IMG/VR virus record: IMGVR_UViG_3300032233_002329 | Coordinates: 2,427-66,426 of that record | DNA from: a virus | Taxonomy: Duplodnaviria; Caudoviricetes | Length of the DNA stretch: 64,000 bases | Direction: 5' to 3' (one strand) | Part shown: piece after piece, positions 25,520-32,948 of the stretch | How positions within the stretch are numbered: position 1 is the stretch's first letter | How the letters are laid out: each line of letters begins with the position of its first letter | Program-made: the position numbers and the translations under genes | The notes under the pieces: generated by a model | Told to the model about the DNA's origin: nothing | What the model saw: the letters and a program-made list of their open reading frames with translations, nothing else | Databases searched by the model: none

Positions 25520-25563
25520 TTGCCACCCCGCTGCATTTAGTCTCGACTCACTCCAACCAATTC

Positions 25564-25764
25564 ATGAACAGCACAGCTAGCGCCCCAACCCAATACATGC
25601 CTGGGTGCAACCCGATCACCCAGCTGGCCCGTCAGCGCCGCCTTGATGCCCTTTACGAGCAAGACGGTCGCCACCTCTCCAGCCACCCCTTACGCGGCCG
25701 CTACACCGGCCTATGGGCCCAATACGTAGGCGAGCCCTGCACTGACGAGGTGACTGCGGCATGA
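25564..25764 (+). CDS. hypothetical protein
   Basis: LDALYEQDGR...GRYTGLW. Confidence 0.55.
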   Translation: MNSTASAPTQYMPGCNPITQLARQRRLDALYEQDGRHLSSHPLRGRYTGLWAQYVGEPCTDEVTAA

Positions 25765-26093
25765 CCTACGTAGCAACGCCCGCCTGCTCCTCCAAAGAGC
25801 TAGATCGCATCGAGCGGGCCTTCTGGGCATTCCACAAGGACAACCCCTTGGTCTACGAAAAGCTCCGCGATCTCGCTCTCGACCTGCGTCGCAAGGGCAT
25901 CGACCACTACGGCATCAAAGCCTTGTTTGAGGTGGTCCGCTTCCACCACGCACTGAGTACAAACGACGCGGATTACAAGTTGAACAACAACTTCACGTCG
26001 TTGTACAGCCGCCTCTTGATGGACAACGAACCCGACCTCCGTGGTTTCTTCCGCACCCGAGAACGGCTACCCAGTGCCTTACTCCGGCGATGA
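25761..26093 (+). CDS. conserved phage protein
   Basis: FHKDNPLVY...ALFEVVRFH...KLNNNFTSLYSRLLM. Confidence 0.65.
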   Translation: MTYVATPACSSKELDRIERAFWAFHKDNPLVYEKLRDLALDLRRKGIDHYGIKALFEVVRFHHALSTNDADYKLNNNFTSLYSRLLMDNEPDLRGFFRTRERLPSALLRR

Positions 26094-26254
26094 CTACGGA
26101 TGACATCACTGTGGAGCACTACATCGATAGCACTGGACAGGACTGTTACCAGATCTGCCTCCCAGATGGACCCTGCTCAATCGTTAGCTCTGCCCACCTA
26201 ATCGACGAGCGCAAAACCCAGCTACTGCGCTGGAATCAGACCACTGCCCAGTAA
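26090..26254 (+). CDS. hypothetical protein (54 aa)
   Basis: ATGA and TAATG coupling with neighbours. Confidence 0.5.
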   Translation: MTTDDITVEHYIDSTGQDCYQICLPDGPCSIVSSAHLIDERKTQLLRWNQTTAQ

Positions 26255-26376
26255 TGAAACGTATCCTCTTCACCTTCGTCGCCGGCTACTTCATTAGCCG
26301 TGCTGTTTACCGTGCCCTGAATGGCTCCGAGCAAGAAGGAGCCAGCACCCCTGAGATATGGGAGGAACATCAATGA
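26254..26376 (+). CDS. small membrane peptide (40 aa)
   Basis: MKRILFTFVAGYFISRAVY...; coupled on both sides. Confidence 0.4.
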   Translation: MKRILFTFVAGYFISRAVYRALNGSEQEGASTPEIWEEHQ

Positions 26377-26576
26377 CGCAGGTCAAATTGATCCGTCGTC
26401 TTGAGCGGGCCTACCAGGTTTGCAACGCCTGTGGCACCGAGTACGGCACACCTCGCGGTTATTTATCCACGATGTGGCAGGGCCAATGCGACGTCTGCGG
26501 CGACACAGCTGTAGTGACTGAAGCCCGCGACTACTGCTACCTGCGTCGTGGCATTACCAATCTGTCGGAGCGGTGA
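26373..26576 (+). CDS. zinc-finger protein
   Basis: CNAC...CDVC. Confidence 0.6.
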   Translation: MTQVKLIRRLERAYQVCNACGTEYGTPRGYLSTMWQGQCDVCGDTAVVTEARDYCYLRRGITNLSER

Positions 26577-26920
26577 TGCGCTGCTCTCAATGCCCCGGCA
26601 AAACCCGTGTTGTTGTTACCGAGCAGCGCAAAGACGGCACCCATCGGTGGCTTCGCTGCAACGAATGTAATGCCCTCACCCGCACCGTTGAGCGGTACCT
26701 CTACCGCAAGCCCGGCCCAAGACCTGGCAGTCCGCGCATTGGCCCGCGCGCCATCGGTTCCCGCAATGGGGCCTCCGTCCTCACCGAGTCCGATGTCGTC
26801 CGCCTCCGCGACCTCGCATCCCTTGGTTACCTCCAAAAGGAGATAGCCAAAGAGTATGGCGTCACCCCCACCACCGTCTCCAACATCGTCAACCGCAAAA
26901 CCTGGAGCCACGTCAAATGA
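26576..26920 (+). CDS. NrdR-like zinc ribbon plus C-terminal HTH
   Basis: MRCSQC...TRVVVT...RWLRCNEC...TVE; QKEIAKEYGVTPTTVSNIV. Confidence 0.7.
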   Translation: MRCSQCPGKTRVVVTEQRKDGTHRWLRCNECNALTRTVERYLYRKPGPRPGSPRIGPRAIGSRNGASVLTESDVVRLRDLASLGYLQKEIAKEYGVTPTTVSNIVNRKTWSHVK

Positions 26921-27384
26921 CCATCGACTTCCCCTACAACCTGAATCGCTTGGTCGACACGTTTCTCCGCGCGAGCCACGTCCCCGGCGACTATCCCAGC
27001 CCCATCCATGCCGGCCTTGCTGCTGCCCTGGCTGACATCACCAATGAAGCCCGCTACGCCATTGCCCGCAACCTTGAGCGCTACGACAATCGCTCGCTCT
27101 ATGAGTTCGCCGCCGCCTTGGACTACGCCATCCAGATCCGAAAAACAGATGAAGTAAGCTATAACCAGAATGAGTCGGAAGCTCCAGAGCCCCAATGCCA
27201 GGCCAACTCCGATCCGAAATCGACGGCCTCCGAGAGCGGGAGCGCATCGCTGTCGAACTCCTCGCCAGAGGAAAAACCTGCCGAGAAGTTGCCCGAAGCC
27301 TCAACATCTCCGAGCGAACTCTTTACACCTGGCGAAAGCGTCCAGCAGTCCAAAGAGCTGTGTATGGCCAACAGCAGGACTTAA
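26917..27384 (+). CDS. hypothetical protein overlapping terS
   Basis: The first ~80 aa look real; the tail overlaps terS by 190 nt. Confidence 0.45.
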   Translation: MTIDFPYNLNRLVDTFLRASHVPGDYPSPIHAGLAAALADITNEARYAIARNLERYDNRSLYEFAAALDYAIQIRKTDEVSYNQNESEAPEPQCQANSDPKSTASESGSASLSNSSPEEKPAEKLPEASTSPSELFTPGESVQQSKELCMANSRT

Positions 27385-27680
27385 TCGATGCAGGTGGTGG
27401 CCAAGGCATCACTGTTGTGCCGATGGCGGTCGCCACCTTGACCGAAATCATGAACAACCCCGAGGCTCGCGCCTCTGACCGCATCGCCGCCTCCCGAGCC
27501 CTGATCTCCGGAGCCCAAGCCTTCCAGGAACGCAAGATGCTCGAGCGCACCATCGCTGACCTCGAACAGCAGCTATTTGGACTAACAGAGGAAGCTCAGG
27601 CTGCAGAACCAGTCCCTGGCACAGATCTTCTGGACCCTGACCTCAGCCTCCTCTCCTCTGCTGATCCCGAGGCCGAGTGA
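27195..27680 (+). CDS. terS: terminase small subunit
   Basis: N-terminal HTH (CREVARSLNISERTLYTW) plus helical oligomerisation region; overlaps the terL start. Confidence 0.75.
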   Translation: MPGQLRSEIDGLRERERIAVELLARGKTCREVARSLNISERTLYTWRKRPAVQRAVYGQQQDLIDAGGGQGITVVPMAVATLTEIMNNPEARASDRIAASRALISGAQAFQERKMLERTIADLEQQLFGLTEEAQAAEPVPGTDLLDPDLSLLSSADPEAE

Positions 27681-29158
27681 CCGCCTCCTTCTCCCAACTG
27701 CAGCGCCGCGCCGAGAAGCTCCGCGATGAAATCGCCCGGCGCAAAGCTCGCTCTGCCAACTACACCGTCAGCCACCGGCTGACCCAACTCCCCGGTGTGG
27801 AGCAATGGCCAGCCTTCGCCCGTCGTACGTGGATACGTACGGCTGGAACCGTGGCCCCGTTCAACCCCTACCCCTATCAAGTCGATTTGGTGGAGAGCAT
27901 CAACGCCCACCCCAACACGATCATCAACAAGTCGCGCCAGATGGGCGCATCCGAGACCGTTTGCTCCTACCTGCTCTGCCGTGCCCTGACGGAGCGAGGC
28001 TTCGCTGCAGTGATCTTCTCCAAGACCCAGCAGGACGCCAGCGAGCTGGGCCGCCGTGTCCGTGCCATGGCCAACTCCATCGATGGGGAGTCAATCCGCT
28101 ACTTGACGGACTCCAACACCCAGATCGCTATCGAAGGGAGGGGCACCCTGTACTTCCTGCCTGCTTCCCCGAGAGCAGCTCGAGGTATCCCCAGTTGCTC
28201 AGTCCTGTTCATGGACGAGGGAGCCTTCCTAGACGGAGCAGCCGAGATCTACCGAGGTGCCATGCCCACCTTGTCCATGGTTGGAGACGCCGCCAAGGTG
28301 ATCGTCACCTCCACCCCAGATACCGAGCTTGATTGGTTCGGCCAGCTCTGGCACCAAGGCACACCAGCCGACTGGTATGAATACGTCAAACGCCGCCAGA
28401 TCGGACCGCTCAACGAGCGGCTAGCCAAGGTCAAGGACTCTTGGAACCGCGTAGCAATCCACTACAGCCAGCACCCGATCTACGGCCACGACCCCGAATG
28501 GGCAAAGCGCACCCGGGAGTCACGCCGTATGACCCAAGCCGCATGGGACTCCGAGTACGAGCTGGCCTTTGGTGCCACCGACACACAGATCTACCCCTCG
28601 GAACTGGTCCGCCGGGCTGGTCGGGGGTCGTTCCGCGAATGTGGCTCGGTGGGACGGAGCTACGTAATCGGTGTAGATCCGAACGCCGGCGGGAATGACT
28701 ATTTCACGGCAGTGGTTCTTGACATCACAGAAACTCCTTACGAAGTAGTAGGGATGTATCGCGAGAACGGCAAGAGCACTGACTACAGCTTGCGTCATGT
28801 TAAAAACTTGATTGAAGATTACCTTCCAGAGCGGGTAATCGTGGAAAAGCAGGCAATGGGCGCCGTAATTGCAGAGGCGCTTCAACATGTTCTGCCCTCC
28901 TATGCTATCGAAACATTTAATACCAGTCGTCCAAGTAAGACAGTCGCTACTGACCGTGTCCTGTACTTACTGGAGCGAGATGAGCTGATCTTCCCCGAGG
29001 GCGTGATCGGCGAAGAGTTGCGCGCCTTCCAGCAGAAGGAGTCCGGAGCAAGAGAGGCTGCATCCGGTGCCCATGACGACACTGTTATGGCCCTGGCGTT
29101 TGCAGTTTCACTCATTCCAGAGACACCTCAAACTGCAAGCTTCTTTGCTCACATCTAA
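27677..29158 (+). CDS. terL: terminase large subunit
   Basis: KSRQMGAS, FMDEGAF, IGVDP, HDDTVMALA. Confidence 0.95.
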   Translation: MTASFSQLQRRAEKLRDEIARRKARSANYTVSHRLTQLPGVEQWPAFARRTWIRTAGTVAPFNPYPYQVDLVESINAHPNTIINKSRQMGASETVCSYLLCRALTERGFAAVIFSKTQQDASELGRRVRAMANSIDGESIRYLTDSNTQIAIEGRGTLYFLPASPRAARGIPSCSVLFMDEGAFLDGAAEIYRGAMPTLSMVGDAAKVIVTSTPDTELDWFGQLWHQGTPADWYEYVKRRQIGPLNERLAKVKDSWNRVAIHYSQHPIYGHDPEWAKRTRESRRMTQAAWDSEYELAFGATDTQIYPSELVRRAGRGSFRECGSVGRSYVIGVDPNAGGNDYFTAVVLDITETPYEVVGMYRENGKSTDYSLRHVKNLIEDYLPERVIVEKQAMGAVIAEALQHVLPSYAIETFNTSRPSKTVATDRVLYLLERDELIFPEGVIGEELRAFQQKESGAREAASGAHDDTVMALAFAVSLIPETPQTASFFAHI

Positions 29159-29178
29159 AAACGCAATCAGGTTGCCAC

Positions 29179-29207
29179 TTGACCCTTTCCGAATCAGGTC
29201 GTAAGAT
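29179..29207 (+). promoter_or_regulatory. sigma-70-type moron promoter
   Basis: TTGACC-N17-TAAGAT immediately after terL. Confidence 0.65.
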
Positions 29208-29242
29208 TATGGGCGTCGATGGTCCTACCTTTCACCCTTCTA

Positions 29243-29413
29243 ATGGAGCATCCGATCACTCCACCGCCAGAGCTGATACCTCAATGGGTTCAAAACTGGC
29301 CGCATGGTGCTGATTTCGATTTGCATCTAGCCACACAAGCCGCCCGCTGGGGCTATCAGCAGGCCGTTGAAGAGCTTGGGGCGTTTCTGAGGAAAGGCCA
29401 TGACAAAGGCTGA
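29243..29413 (+). CDS. small cyanophage-type protein (HPITPPPEL family, N-terminal half)
   Basis: MEHPITPPPEL..QW...ATQAARWG. Confidence 0.6.
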   Translation: MEHPITPPPELIPQWVQNWPHGADFDLHLATQAARWGYQQAVEELGAFLRKGHDKG

Positions 29414-29891
29414 GATTGAGGTGCTGCGTGAGTACCTGCAACTTGATCCGACACTTCCTAGTGGGCTTCGCTGGATCAAGTCAACCAATGGACGAATCAG
29501 GGCGGGCCAGCCAGCGGGATCCCCAAACTCCGATGGCTACTACCAATTTCGGCTGCACCGCAAGCACTACAAATGCCATCGCGTGATTCTGCTCCTCAAT
29601 GGAATAGAGCCGCCAGCAGGGTGCATAGAGGTTGACCACCTCGACCGAAACCCTGCAAACAATCTTCTTTCCAACTTGAGGTGGGTAGATCGTGCGTCAA
29701 ACGTGCGCAACTGCGGCATCAAGGGGCGAATCCCATGGCGCTACGTCTCTCCTGCATTCGGTCGCTTGAAGTCTCAGTACGTCCATCCAGTCACCAAACG
29801 CAAGATTCACGTTGGAACCTATGACGATGCCTATGAAGCGCATTGCCAAGCACTTGCTCACCGCCTTGAAAATCACTGGATTTCACAATGA
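29400..29891 (+). CDS. HNH homing endonuclease
   Basis: GYY...YKCHRVI...VDHLDRNPANN..SNLRW. Confidence 0.85.
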   Translation: MTKAEIEVLREYLQLDPTLPSGLRWIKSTNGRIRAGQPAGSPNSDGYYQFRLHRKHYKCHRVILLLNGIEPPAGCIEVDHLDRNPANNLLSNLRWVDRASNVRNCGIKGRIPWRYVSPAFGRLKSQYVHPVTKRKIHVGTYDDAYEAHCQALAHRLENHWISQ

Positions 29892-30124
29892 AAACTGCTA
29901 CTGAACTTGCTCAACAGATTGCAGACCAGGAGCTGGAGGCGTGTTACTACTGGATTGAGAACTACCACGGCACCGACGCAGCAGATTCTCTGCAACACGG
30001 CCGGCGCCCCAAGCCGCCGACGCTGAAGGAGCAGGCGCTGGCACTGCTGGAAGTTGAAGTCGGTTTGAACGTGGAAGATCTTGATCTTCTGCGCCGCGCA
30101 TTGGAGGCATTGCCCAATGACTGA
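29888..30124 (+). CDS. small cyanophage-type protein (ADQELEAC...RRPKPP family)
   Basis: ADQELEAC, RRPKPPTLKEQALALL, RRALEALP. Confidence 0.6.
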   Translation: MKTATELAQQIADQELEACYYWIENYHGTDAADSLQHGRRPKPPTLKEQALALLEVEVGLNVEDLDLLRRALEALPND

Positions 30125-30332
30125 CCTCTCCCCCGCCGCGCAGGCACTGATCACTGCCAGTAATTGCGCTGGGTCACGCATTGTCCAGCTTCATATTGCT
30201 TACGCACTCCGCGCCTTAGCTGAGTACCGCACCCCACATTGGGATGGAACTGGCCCAGCCTGTCACTGGCACCCAACGCCTCAGGTGCGGCGTGAATTGC
30301 TCAACATCGCCGCCGAGCTGGAGGCCCAGTGA
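30117..30332 (+). CDS. small helical protein (LSPAAQ family)
   Basis: MTDLSPAAQA...ELLNIAAELE. Confidence 0.6.
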   Translation: MTDLSPAAQALITASNCAGSRIVQLHIAYALRALAEYRTPHWDGTGPACHWHPTPQVRRELLNIAAELEAQ

Positions 30333-30544
30333 CAACTCTTTCTCCTCAAGCACTAGAAATACTGGAGGCTGCGCAAAAGTACGAGATCAACCCTGAGTGC
30401 TATTCCCGTCAGATCGCAGCCACCACACTCCGCACTGCATCAGAGCATCTGAAAAAAGAAAAAGGATGGAGCCTTGGTGTCAGATGGAGTGCTGACGAAC
30501 TCCTTGCCATTGCCCACCAACTGGAACCCGAGCTCGATTGCTAA
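30329..30544 (+). CDS. small helical protein (LSPAAQ family paralogue)
   Basis: MTTLSPQALE...ELLAIAHQLE. Confidence 0.6.
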   Translation: MTTLSPQALEILEAAQKYEINPECYSRQIAATTLRTASEHLKKEKGWSLGVRWSADELLAIAHQLEPELDC

Positions 30545-30867
30545 CTCGCTTCCTCTTCCTCTTCAGAAAGCCAGTCATAGATCTCCACTTCCCTGTGAGC
30601 GCACCAAAAAGCCTGGTTCCTGTACCACTCTGACCAATCCAACGCACCCTTCCTCGAGTTGCAATCCAAGCAACAAGCCACAAGATTCCGGGGATGGGTC
30701 AATCCACCCTTAATCCTGGGAACCACGTGATCCAACGTGGCACACTTCCCAAGTTGGTCTCCGCAGTAAGCACAAGCTGAATCCCACCGCCTAAGAATGG
30801 CCTGCCGGAATCGCTCCTTGGCAGTTTTTTTAGGCAGGAGATTAGATCCATCGATTTGATGATCCAC
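30541..30867 (-). CDS. HNH endonuclease (McrA-like CxxC-HNH-CxxC)
   Basis: CAYC...TLDHVVP...GG....NLVACCLDCNSRKG. Confidence 0.85.
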   Translation of the reverse strand: MDHQIDGSNLLPKKTAKERFRQAILRRWDSACAYCGDQLGKCATLDHVVPRIKGGLTHPRNLVACCLDCNSRKGALDWSEWYRNQAFWCAHREVEIYDWLSEEEEEAS

Positions 30868-30956
30868 CGAGGACTAACAGCGCCATAACCGCAGGGTATC
30901 GACCTGGTTTTGCTTAGAAAAATAATGGTATAAGGCCAAAAGCCTGCATCCAAACA

Positions 30957-31069
30957 CGATCTTTCTGCATCATTTATCGATCTTCCTGCACAACCACTCG
31001 ATCTATCTGTTCAACCACACGATCTTTCTACACCAAAACTCGATCTTCCTGCACGATACAAAAAGATCG
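30957..31069. repeat. five direct repeats at exact 21-bp period plus a terminal inverted half-site
   Basis: CGATCT(T/A)(T/C)CT at 30957, 30978, 30999, 31020 and 31041; AAAGATCG at 31062-31069. Confidence 0.85.
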
Positions 31070-31091
31070 ACAAAACTCCATAAACTTGTAA

Positions 31092-32948
31092 GTGAGCCAG
31101 CGCCCCATAACCGTCGTGTCCCAAGCCACTTCCGAAGAATTCCGGAACGACGGAGCCCTAGTCAATGTTTTGACTGGAATGGGAATGTCTTCGAAGGATC
31201 GCACAACCTTTACGGGTATTGCCACACCTTCTTTCCTTGGACAATCAGACCTTGAGGCTCTGTACTCCCACGGAATCCCCCGACGTTATGTCGATGCCAT
31301 CTCTGACGAGATCTTGAGGCACCGTACAACCATCACTTTGGGAGGCGATGAAGATCCCAATGCCAACGACACCATCTCGGCATTTGAAGAATTTCTTAAG
31401 AACACTCAGTTCCACCAAGCCCTAGCTGAAGTCATCAAACTTCAACGTTTGTATGGAGGCGCCGGCCTGGTCCTCCTCATTGATGACGGAGTCGAAGATC
31501 CAGCCGAGCCTGTTAATACAAACAACATCCGCGGCATCAACGGCTACATCCCCCTCTCCCGTTGGGAACTTCTCCCAGAGGACTTCACGATCACGGACTG
31601 GTCCAAGCCCACCCACTACCGGATCACCACCAGCCAAAAGATCACAGACGACCAAAAATCCGCCTACGTCAACGTTCGAATCCACCACACCCGGGTTGCC
31701 CGCTTCGATGGTATGTACCTCCCTTGGCGTGTCCGAGCCCGGAACACCGGCTGGGGTCAGTCCGTCCTGCAACTGATCTGGGAGTCCTACAAGCGCTACG
31801 AGTCCGCCATGGCTGGCCTCGAGAACATGACCTCCGATGCGGACATGTTCGTCCACAAGATCCCAGGTCTGTTCCAGCGGATTGCTTCCGGAAACGAAAG
31901 CGATTTGCGCAAGCGCCTCGAGGCCAACAATCTGAGCCGCTCGGTCTATGGCGGCATGGTGGTCGACACCGAAGAGGAGCTGAGCTTCCTCAACCGAGCA
32001 CTCAGCAACATCGCTAACGCCACCGATCCCTTCGTGAAGGATCTGCAAGCAGCCACCGGCTGGCCCGCCTCGATCTTGATGGGTGACTCCCCGGGTGGCC
32101 TAGGCAAAGAAGGACGTTTCGAAGAACGGGTCTGGGCTTCCTTGGTCGAGCAATGGCAGGAGGTCTACTGCCGCACCCCGATCACAGAGATCTTCACGTA
32201 CATCCTGGCTAGTAAACAGGGGCCAACCCGAGGACGGATCCCACCCTCTTGGGCAGCCAGCTTCCCGAGCGTGTTCACGCAGACGGACAGTGAGAAAGCC
32301 GCCTTACGTCTCCAAATAGCGCAGGTGGACGCCCAGTACATCAATCTCGGGGTGCTCAACGCCCTCGAGGTACGCGAAGCGCGCTTCGGTGGCACCGAGT
32401 ACTCGCTTGAGACCACCCTGAACCAGGCAGTCACTGACCAGCTAATCGCCAGTGCTGATGCCCAGTTCCAATCCCAGATGATGGGTTACCAAGCCCAACA
32501 GGAAGCAGCCCTAAATCCTCCGGAACAGGCAGGGATACTCCCGGCCGGCGATACCACTGAAGAAGAGCAACCCCAGCCTGAAGAGAAGACCAAACAGGAC
32601 AAGTTCGACACCTACGAAGCCCAGGGCCTGCGCATCCGTGTTTCGCACGTAGTCGGTGACCTCAAAGCCGGATATCTGGTAGGTCCTGATGGCCAACGCA
32701 CCGATACCAGTGTCAACGCACCCTTGATGGTGTTCGGCCCCCACCGAGCCCGGAGCTACAAGCTCTACCGCGCTCGTTTCGTCTGTGACGGAGCCTTGCT
32801 TGATGGTCCCTACGCCACGGGTTTCGCCTCCCTCAAAGCAGCCAAAGCCGGAATTGCGACTTTCTTCCCTCGACAGAATGTGGCAGGGCTCTCCCCTGTC
32901 CCCGAGGGCGAAATTGAAGCTCTCCGTGCCGCCTGGGAGGTGTACTAA
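31092..32948 (+). CDS. portal protein (DUF1073/HI1409 family) with a C-terminal accessory domain
   Basis: QRLYGGAGLVL, IHHTRVARFDG, WGQSVLQ, LMGDSPGGL; first head gene after the terminase region. Confidence 0.88.
   Translation: MSQRPITVVSQATSEEFRNDGALVNVLTGMGMSSKDRTTFTGIATPSFLGQSDLEALYSHGIPRRYVDAISDEILRHRTTITLGGDEDPNANDTISAFEEFLKNTQFHQALAEVIKLQRLYGGAGLVLLIDDGVEDPAEPVNTNNIRGINGYIPLSRWELLPEDFTITDWSKPTHYRITTSQKITDDQKSAYVNVRIHHTRVARFDGMYLPWRVRARNTGWGQSVLQLIWESYKRYESAMAGLENMTSDADMFVHKIPGLFQRIASGNESDLRKRLEANNLSRSVYGGMVVDTEEELSFLNRALSNIANATDPFVKDLQAATGWPASILMGDSPGGLGKEGRFEERVWASLVEQWQEVYCRTPITEIFTYILASKQGPTRGRIPPSWAASFPSVFTQTDSEKAALRLQIAQVDAQYINLGVLNALEVREARFGGTEYSLETTLNQAVTDQLIASADAQFQSQMMGYQAQQEAALNPPEQAGILPAGDTTEEEQPQPEEKTKQDKFDTYEAQGLRIRVSHVVGDLKAGYLVGPDGQRTDTSVNAPLMVFGPHRARSYKLYRARFVCDGALLDGPYATGFASLKAAKAGIATFFPRQNVAGLSPVPEGEIEALRAAWEVY

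Noticed and set aside
29354-29920. Group I intron around the HNH gene
   Set aside because: The interval is almost fully coding and leaves no room for a ribozyme core.
30957-31069. CRISPR or mini-CRISPR array
   Set aside because: The period is 21 bp with only ~8 variable bases, there are no spacer-length unique segments, and no cas operon is present.
31092-32590. Anti-CBASS Acb1 (a label often attached to DUF1073 proteins)
   Set aside because: Size, motifs and position indicate the portal; no 2H-phosphoesterase HxT/S pair was recognised.
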